NCBI GenBank assembly: GCA_951406725.2
Contig: OX597823.1
Span: forward strand, 104,842,001-104,906,000
Length of the DNA stretch: 64,000 nt
Direction of reading: 5' to 3'
Origin: Octopus vulgaris
Taxonomy: Eukaryota
The position numbers and the translations under genes are program-made. Below the pieces are notes generated by a model. The model saw nothing but the letters and a program-made list of their open reading frames with translations. It ran no database searches and had not been told where the DNA came from. Shown here in pieces: positions 56,407-64,000 of the stretch (position 1 is its first letter; every line of letters starts with the position of its first letter).

Positions 56407-57820
56407 AAATAAGAAAATGGAGAAATACATCCAAATCAAATATCGACTACCAGATAATACCCAATCACATACTTTATTAAACCACCTCATAAGAAACTTT
56501 AAGGTCAAACATAATAATATATGACAAAACAGTGTACATAAAGAAGTAATATGGTACAATAAGTACAATATGTATAAGAGAATGCGGATGTATGTGTGTG
56601 TGCGTGTGTGTATAAATGTCGGCACAGACAACTATACCTGGTCGAAGTGCGTTGTTATCACGGGATGCATGATTGAGGTGACACCGTGTATTTCGTGAGC
56701 GGGTTGTCTTGTCGCTGGAACTTCTATGTCGTTGCATTTCTGCTGGGCCGGCGCAGGCATGGGAGGATTGTGCCAACATTTGTGCACACACCCACCCACA
56801 CGCGCATGCATCCGCATGTGTCCATAGATGTTTGTGCACTCTCATGCGCTGTGTCTGCAAACGTTCACATATGCATGTGTGCATATTTGGGTGTGTGTCT
56901 GCATGCTCATACGTGTGGGAGGGACATGCACATGTGTGTCCACCCATGGGTGTACTTGTGCATGCGGGGACATACATGCACGTACGTATACATGTGGACA
57001 CGTTTCGACGTGTCCACATGTATTTGCTGGATTGCAAGGTGTGTGTCTGCCCATGGGGGGACGTATGGATGGGCCAGCACATGCGTGGGAGAACCGTGCC
57101 AACATTTGTGCATGCACGCACACACACACGCACGCGCATCCGCATGTATCCGTAGGCATTTGTGCACTCTCGTGCACTGTGTCTGCGGGCATTCACATAT
57201 ACATATGCATGTTTGGGTATGTATCTGCGTACTCATACGTGTAGGAGGGGCATATACATGTGTGTCCACCCATGGGTGTGCGTATACATACAGGGGCATG
57301 CATGCACATACATATACATATGAGCACATTTCGTCATATCCACATGTATTTGCTGGATTACAAAGTGTATGCCAGCCCATCAAGGGACATATGAGTGGGC
57401 CAGCACAGGTGTGGGACAGCTGTGCCGACATTTATACACACACGCACACACACGCACATCCGCATTCTCTTATACATATTGTACTTATTGTACCATATTA
57501 CTTCTTTATGTACACTGTTTTGTTCTATATTATTATGTTTGACCTTAAAGTTTCTTATGTGGTGGTTTAATAAAGTATGTGATTGGGTATTATCTGGTAG
57601 TTGATATTTGATTTGGATGTATTTCTCCATTTTCTTATTTTGTATTATGAATTTGTGGTAAAACACTTTACCTTTGCCCCTATAGTACAGTAAATGAATT
57701 AATTGCATCGCAATTCTTAACATTTATGTATTAACTTTGTTGGGTACTTCACTGGCAGTATATTGGATATATGTTATCCCATGGAGGGTTGCATTTACAA
57801 CCCCTATCTCAATTTGCAAC
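56403..57820 (+). mobile_element. (TA)n-embedded non-autonomous element with 225-bp inverted arms (56403-56627 / 57420-57644) and 326-bp tandem units
   Basis: The arms differ at about 6 of 225 positions; units start with gggcc at 56745, 57071 and 57397 (partial). Confidence 0.85.
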
Positions 57821-58665
57821 TATATATATATATATATATATATATACATACATATACAATGGGATTCTTTCAGTTCCCATTACCAAATCCACTCACAAGG
57901 CTTTGGTTGGCCCAAGGCTATAGTAGAAGACACTTTCCCAAGGTGCCACACAGTGGGACTGGACTTTGAACCATGTGGTTCGTAAGCAAGCTACTTACCA
58001 CACAGCCACTCACTTTAGGTTGGCCTCATTAAGGACAAAAATCACACCAGCAAATGTTCTGTCTTAAAAAATGACAAAAATAAATCCAATCCAATTAAAT
58101 TTCTTAATTTAGATTTTGGTGGCCGTTAGTTCTAAAACATTTCTTCAGCTGTGGCATTGCTTGATGGTACACTGCAAACGGTCAATGCACATTCTGATAA
58201 ATATGGCAATGCAAGTTCATCTGTTGCTGTTTCTGAAATTACCAACTGATCAACAAAACTGAAAGGAGAGCTGCAAAAGATTGTTTGAATATGATTTAAC
58301 CATTTAGAGAAAATGTTTTAATCTTTTGAAGGGTTTCTATATTTCTAGGTCACACAGTTCAAAAGTTCATTACATATCCATCTCAAAACACTTAGACCTG
58401 GTTTTTGCTTATAGCATTTTCTTGGGAAATTTATCTTCATGAAATTTTACTGGTCATAAAGTTAGAAAATGTTTATTTTAAGTGTATTTTTCTTCATAAG
58501 GAAAGAACTGTGATTTAATATCTAAATTCATTTCAGGATTCACATATTGAAAATATGAAATTCCTGTAAATGTAGACAATGCAAAACAGCATAATCAATT
58601 TCAGATATTACTGTGACCCACAATTACTTTTTGTGAAAAAGTAATTAACTTTTTCTAAGTTCCCT

Positions 58666-58881
58666 CAATCCTTTAGCATATAAATTGGCCATATCTGGCC
58701 CAAATATTCTACCTGTCTTATATTTAAGCCAGTCAGATCTGGCCCTTTACACCTATCCAACAAAGTCATTCTAAAAAAAAGAAAAAAAGAAAAAACAATC
58801 ACATCATTGAGATCTTGAAGCTACAAGGTAATGCATGATCCATTCAAACCAATCTGAGTAATCTGAATGCTAAAGGGTTAT
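58666..58881. mobile_element. piggyBac-type MITE inside the hAT remnant
   Basis: cctttagcat ... atgctaaagggtta TIRs; TSD degenerate. Confidence 0.65.
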
Positions 58882-59975
58882 CTCAAGCCTTATGGATGTC
58901 TTATAAATAAAGTCCATATGTTGCACTGAGTACATGTCATGTAATTCCTTTGTATAATACTTGTCCCAGCCGGAAAATACCATTTAGAAGAAGTAGTGTT
59001 AATGTTTCCCAATGGCTAAGAACCTCTTTCATTCCATCACTTCTCACTAATTATTTTGTGGCAGAAAGAGGAACCATTTTTACTGGTTCCTCACCATGGT
59101 TGATTAATTTATATAAGACCCATGGCTCAGTGGTCTGAGTGTTGAGCTTAGTCATGAGGTAGTGAGTTCGATTCCTGGACTAGCTATGTGTTATGTTCTT
59201 GAGCAAGATACTTCACTTTTTTGTTGCCCCAGTTCACTCGCCTGTAGAGATGAGTTGCAACATCACTGGTGCCAAGCTGTATCAGCTTTTGCCTTTTCTG
59301 TGGATAACATTGGTAGTGTGAAGAGGAGAGGCTGGTATGCAGGGGCAACAGCCAGTCTTCCATAAACAACCTTGCCTGGACTTGTGCCTCAGAGGGGAAC
59401 TTTCTAGGTACAATCCCATGGTCATTCATGACTGAAGAGAGTCTTTACTCTCTACCCTAAGTTGTAGACAGGACTTCTCTTATAGTTCAAGACTAATCAA
59501 AGCCTCAAAGCCTTGTGTGTGGAATTCATAGATGGAAACTAAAGGCAGTTTGTTGCACACACACACACACACACACAGAGTTCAAGTAGACAAGTTAGAT
59601 GCATATATGATGACAGAGCTACGATGAATTATTACTCTCTTTTACAAGATCAGGTATAAAGAGATGGTGTACTGGTCTACCTCCTCTGATATAAACCCCC
59701 ATTGATAGAAATTTATGTTGGTTGGGGTCACGTACACAAGATGGACATCAACAGACTCCCTAGACAAATCCTTTACTTCTAACTATGCAAGGGAGAAAGA
59801 AACCACAGAAGACCTAGAGTGAGATTCAAGGATGCTACAAAAAGGAATATGAAATGGAAAGGAATTGGTCAGAATAATTGGCAAACTCAAGTGAAAAACT
59901 GACCAGCGTGGAGAAAGCTTATCTAGTCATGCCAAAGCCAGAAACAGTCGTAGTTGCTGTGACTGACTGCAGATA

Positions 59976-60027
<52 letters not shown>

Positions 60028-61117
60028 CTGTCTGTGTGTTTATACATATGTATATTTTTGAGTAGATAAAGGACTGATGTAACAGTAAGGATCACATATT
60101 CTTTGTAAATTCCAGAAATGAATCATAGTTACATGTTAAAATAATTTCAGAGTCTCTGCCAGGCAAAGGTTGCATGGTTTTGAATATATTACACTCTTGG
60201 AGTGGTTGGCGTTAGGAAGGGCATCCAGCTGTAGAAACTTTGCCAGATCAGATTGGAGCCTGGTGCAGCTGCTGGCTCTCCAGATGTCAGTCAAAACCGT
60301 CCAACCCATGCCAGCATGGAAAATGGACGTTAAATGAAGATGATGATGATGATGATGATTGATATCTATGTGTATGTAGGGGTGGGGAATGCCTCGTATT
60401 AGGTTTTTGTGTATACTCCTGTTCAGACAACACTCAATGATTGTAAAGTCATACCATTGCCATACAAGAATGGTTATTTGTTTCCATTCTAACAGTAAAA
60501 GAATACTACCTTATTTGCAAACAGGGCATTTGCTTGTACAATTTCTGCCTCAAGGAATTTGACCCATGCAAACCTGGAAAAGTAGATATTCTTTTCTACT
60601 CTAGGCACAAGGCCCAACATTTTTGGGGAGAGGGCTAGTTGATTAGATCAACCCCAGTATGCTAAGTAGAAGACATTTGCCCAAGGTGCCAAGCAGTGGG
60701 ACCCCAGGATGGAAGGCAAAGTCAACCTTAGTGGAATTTGAACTCAGAATGTAAAGATAGGCGAAATACTGCTAAGCATTTTGCCCAGTGTGCTAATGTT
60801 TCTGCCAGCTCACAGCCTTGGAAAAGTAGATATTAAGATAATGATGATGATGATGATGATGAATTTTCATGTAGGATTTTCTTTTCAATGCGAATCTATG
60901 GAACCAATAGTAAGTTTCTTTTAACAGGTAGTCAATGACAGAAGTTAATTCGTCAGCAACATAGCAACATGGTGAATAGTGAGAGTACAAAATGCCTTTT
61001 ATGTCAAGTTTGTATTATCTAATTTATTACTGTGAAAGATAGAATTATTAATGCTTCAAAGGTTGGAAGCTCCATCTGTTGCAACAAGGAAACAATTTTT
61101 AATGTTAATCCCCAAAT

Positions 61118-61570
61118 CAAGGCAGCAAGCTCAGCTCGTAGGACTGTTAGTACACTGGGAAGAATTCTTAGGGGCATTTCATCTGTCTTTATGTTCTGAG
61201 TTCAAATCCTGCTAAGACTGACTTTGTATTTCATTCTTTCAGGTTCGATAACATAAGTACCAGTTGAGTTCTGGGGGTTAAATAATCGAACTAACCCCTC
61301 CCCCAAAATTGCTGGCCTTGAGCCAAAAATTTGAAACCAGTATTAATTCCTAAATCAAGGTGGTGAGCTAGCAGAACTGTTAGAACACTGGGCAGAATGC
61401 TTAATGCACTTCGTCCATTTTTATGTTTTGAGTTCAAATTCTGCTGAGATCAGCTTTGCCATTCATTCTTTTGGAGTTTAAAAAATAAGTACCCGTTGAA
61501 GACTGGAGTTGATGTAATCAACTTACGCACCCCCCTGAAATTACTGGCCTTGTGCCAAAATTTGAAATCA
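61118..61570 (+). mobile_element. Two tandem SINE family B copies
   Basis: The ttctgagttcaaat...aagtacc...ggccttg.gccaaaatttgaaa unit occurs twice. Confidence 0.7.
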
Positions 61571-61699
61571 ATATGAATTCTCAAATAATTCAGGAACATT
61601 TTTCATGACTTCAGTAGTTTTGCTTTTAACAGAAATCAACCCAAAAACTGTGATTCAATTCTATTTTGCTATTTCTTATAATCTCTAGCACATACAAAT

Positions 61700-62100
61700 A
61701 CTCTTTTACTTGTTTCAGTCATTTGTCTGCGGCCATGCTGGAGCACCACCTTTAGTCGAGCAAATCGACCCCCCTAGTACTTAATCTTTGTAAGCCTAGT
61801 ACTTATTCTATTGGTCTCTTTTGCTGAACCGCTAAGTTACGGGGATGTAAACACACCAGCAATGGTTGTCAAGCGATGTTTGAGGGACACACACAGACAC
61901 ACAAACACACACATACATACATATATATACATACATATATACGACGGGCTTCTTTCAGTTTCCGTCTACCAAATCCACTCACAAGGCTTTGGTTGGCCCG
62001 AGGCTATAGAAGAAGACACCTGCCCAAGGTACCACACAGTGGGACTGAACCCGGAACCATGTGGTTGGTAAGCAAGCTCACACAGCCATTCCTGCTCCTA
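61700..62100 (-). mobile_element. SINE family C, full length (a similar copy lies at 62605-63022)
   Basis: Head and tail motifs as at 53692. Confidence 0.8.
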
Positions 62101-63887
62101 TATATGTATAGACTTTCACAAACATCAAGTGATACATTCAAAATCAAGGAAAATAGACAACTACATATGCTTTTAATTTGCTCTTTAAGGATGGAGTAAT
62201 AACATTTTTTTTATATGTGCCTTACATTTGGTTCTATGTAGTTTCAAACCAGCTGCATTTGATGATCAAGAATTCTTTTATTAATATCTTCTCCTAAAAG
62301 ACCAACACTACAAATATGTAATGTTAGGATACAAATGATGTTCACTTTGTTGCATTGCATCTGGAAAAAACTGCTATCAAAGTTTACTGCAAATTTGAGT
62401 TTATTCCTAAAGTGCTGTATTATTTGTTTGGCTGAAAAAATCCTGCTTTGTTGAATCAGTTTTGTGAGCTTGTTTTTCAACATTGCACATTTTGCACATT
62501 GCTTTGGTGACAGAGGGTTTTTTATTTCTTTAACCCAGTTTGAACATTTGTGATCCATTAGTCAGGATTGAAACTTTTGTCACACTTCAACCACTTGTCT
62601 TTTATTTTTTACTTGTTTCAGTCATTTGACCGTGGCCATGCTGGAGTACCGCCTTGAAGGGTTTTAGTCGAACAAATCAACTCAAGGGCTTATTTTTTTA
62701 AAGCCTCGTACTTATTCTATCAGTCTTTTATTGCCAAACTGCTAGGTTATGGGGATGTAAACACACCAACACTAGTTGTCAAGAGATGGCAGGGGAGAAA
62801 CACAGGCACAAAGACACACACACACGCACATAAATACACACACGCATACACACACGCACACATAATGGGCTTCTTTCAGTTTCTGTCTATCAAATCTACT
62901 CACAAGGCTTTGGTCAGCTGAGGCTATAGTACAAGATACATTAACAAGGTGTCACACAGTGAGACTGAACTCAGAACCATTTGGTTTGGAAGCAAGCATC
63001 TTACCACACAGCCATTGCCTGCACACTTGCTCATTTTTTTCCCAATGGATACAGTTTGGGAGTAACTGAAATTTATTTATTATAAAATACTTAGTTTGCT
63101 CAGACTTCTCTCACATGACAGAGTAATTGCCACCAACAACTTCCAGTTCACTTTATTATACTAAGGGGCTTCTATGTGGCTACTCAACATGCAAAATATA
63201 GCAGTCAAACACCTCTCAATTCACACACACGTACTACTGTCGTAAAGATACATTGAAAAGAATATTAGAAGAATCTGTTATCATTAAGATAGCATGTTAG
63301 CACTATTTATAATCTATTAATAAACACCTGTTACACCACCATGAGCTAAATGTTGCAAAATAGTGCTGCCAGGGTCAAAATATTGCCCACCAATCCTGAA
63401 TTCAATAATTCCCACATAACCACTTGACAACCAGTGTTCTTTTATTAACATCCTCATAACTTAAATGCTCAGCAAAAGAAACTGATAGAATAGGCTTAGG
63501 AAAATAAGTACTGGATTCGATTCATTCGACTAAAACCCTTCAAGGGGGTGCCCCAGCTTGGCTGTAAGATGTAAAAGGGAAAATGGTATGAAAGCAGGGG
63601 CTTGTAGTTCCAAATGTTTTTAAGTAATCTTAACTAAGGGAGGGGGCAGAAATAATAATAATAATAATAGTGTACTGTTTCAAAAGCACCGTAATCTACT
63701 ACTTGTAGCCCTATCTGACACGGCCAAGTGGAAAATTTGCTTGTAGTAGTGATAGATCAACAAAAAGATGTTGATCCTAGAGGAAATGGTGTTTTTTTTT
63801 TGAGATGTGCATATCTTCACAAGGTAGGGTGTAATACAACTGTCATTGTAAAGCAATGATAATGATGGTAATGATGACGACATCATG

Positions 63888-64000
63888 ATAAGGCGGTGAG
63901 CTGGCAGAAACGTTAGCACGCTAGGCGAAATGTTTAGCAACATTTCGTCTGCTGCTATGTTCTGAGTTCAAATTCTGCTGAGGTCGACTTTGCCTTTCAT
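63888..64000 (+). mobile_element. SINE family B 5' part, running off the window
   Basis: ggcggtgagctggcagaaacgttagc...gtcgactttgcctttcat. Confidence 0.75.

Larger units (their letters stand above)
58130..62600 (-). pseudogene. Decayed hAT-superfamily transposase split by many later insertions
   Basis: Collinear minus-strand remnants: W..C..C N-terminus; LKLHRTKCKAHIKKNVI; FSLILNVSLD (degenerate DESTD); SQFLG; ATDGASN; LLKETYYWF..KR; LSATK*L (TRWL); LPYLSECALTVCSVPSSNATAEEMF (hATC dimerisation motif). Confidence 0.85.

Noticed and set aside
56745-57396. Diversity-generating retroelement TR/VR pair
   Set aside because: DGRs mutate A to any base in one copy only; here the changes are almost all A/G, occur in both copies, and there is no DGR RT or target gene
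56477-57570. Overlapping 115-294 aa His/Cys/Val-rich ORFs
   Set aside because: Low-complexity translations; A>G conversion removes TAA/TAG/TGA stops, so long open frames are an expected by-product
58133-58275. Terminal exon of a domesticated hAT gene (ttttgcag acceptor before the hATC motif)
   Set aside because: The upstream transposase blocks are full of stops and frameshifts and the first catalytic Asp is lost, so the acceptor is probably fortuitous

Overview
AT-rich, repeat-saturated eukaryotic DNA that is intronic or intergenic. The tRNA-derived SINEs, the RTE 3' ends with (GAT)n tails and the dense (TA)n/(CA)n/(TAA)n/(CAT)n microsatellites point to an Octopus (coleoid cephalopod) genome; this is inferred from repeat content, not from a search. 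I found no identifiable intact host gene, and almost all listed ORFs are microsatellite translations or transposon debris. Recognisable elements are: a 5'-truncated R4/Dong-type RT+RLE LINE in (TAA)n arrays plus many short relatives; CR1, RTE, L1/Tx1 and Penelope-like fragments (one with a minimal hammerhead ribozyme motif); decayed Gypsy, piggyBac, hAT and Tc1 elements; a non-autonomous Helitron; MITEs; and several SINE families. The standout is a 1.4-kb (TA)n-embedded element at 56403-57820. It has 225-bp inverted arms (~97% identical) enclosing 326-bp tandem units. By hand count these units differ almost only by A/G on one strand (~47 A/G, 5 C/T, 5 transversions). That is the pattern expected if ADAR A-to-I hyper-edited RNA was reverse-transcribed back into the genome. 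Boundaries of degraded elements are approximate and all counts are manual.
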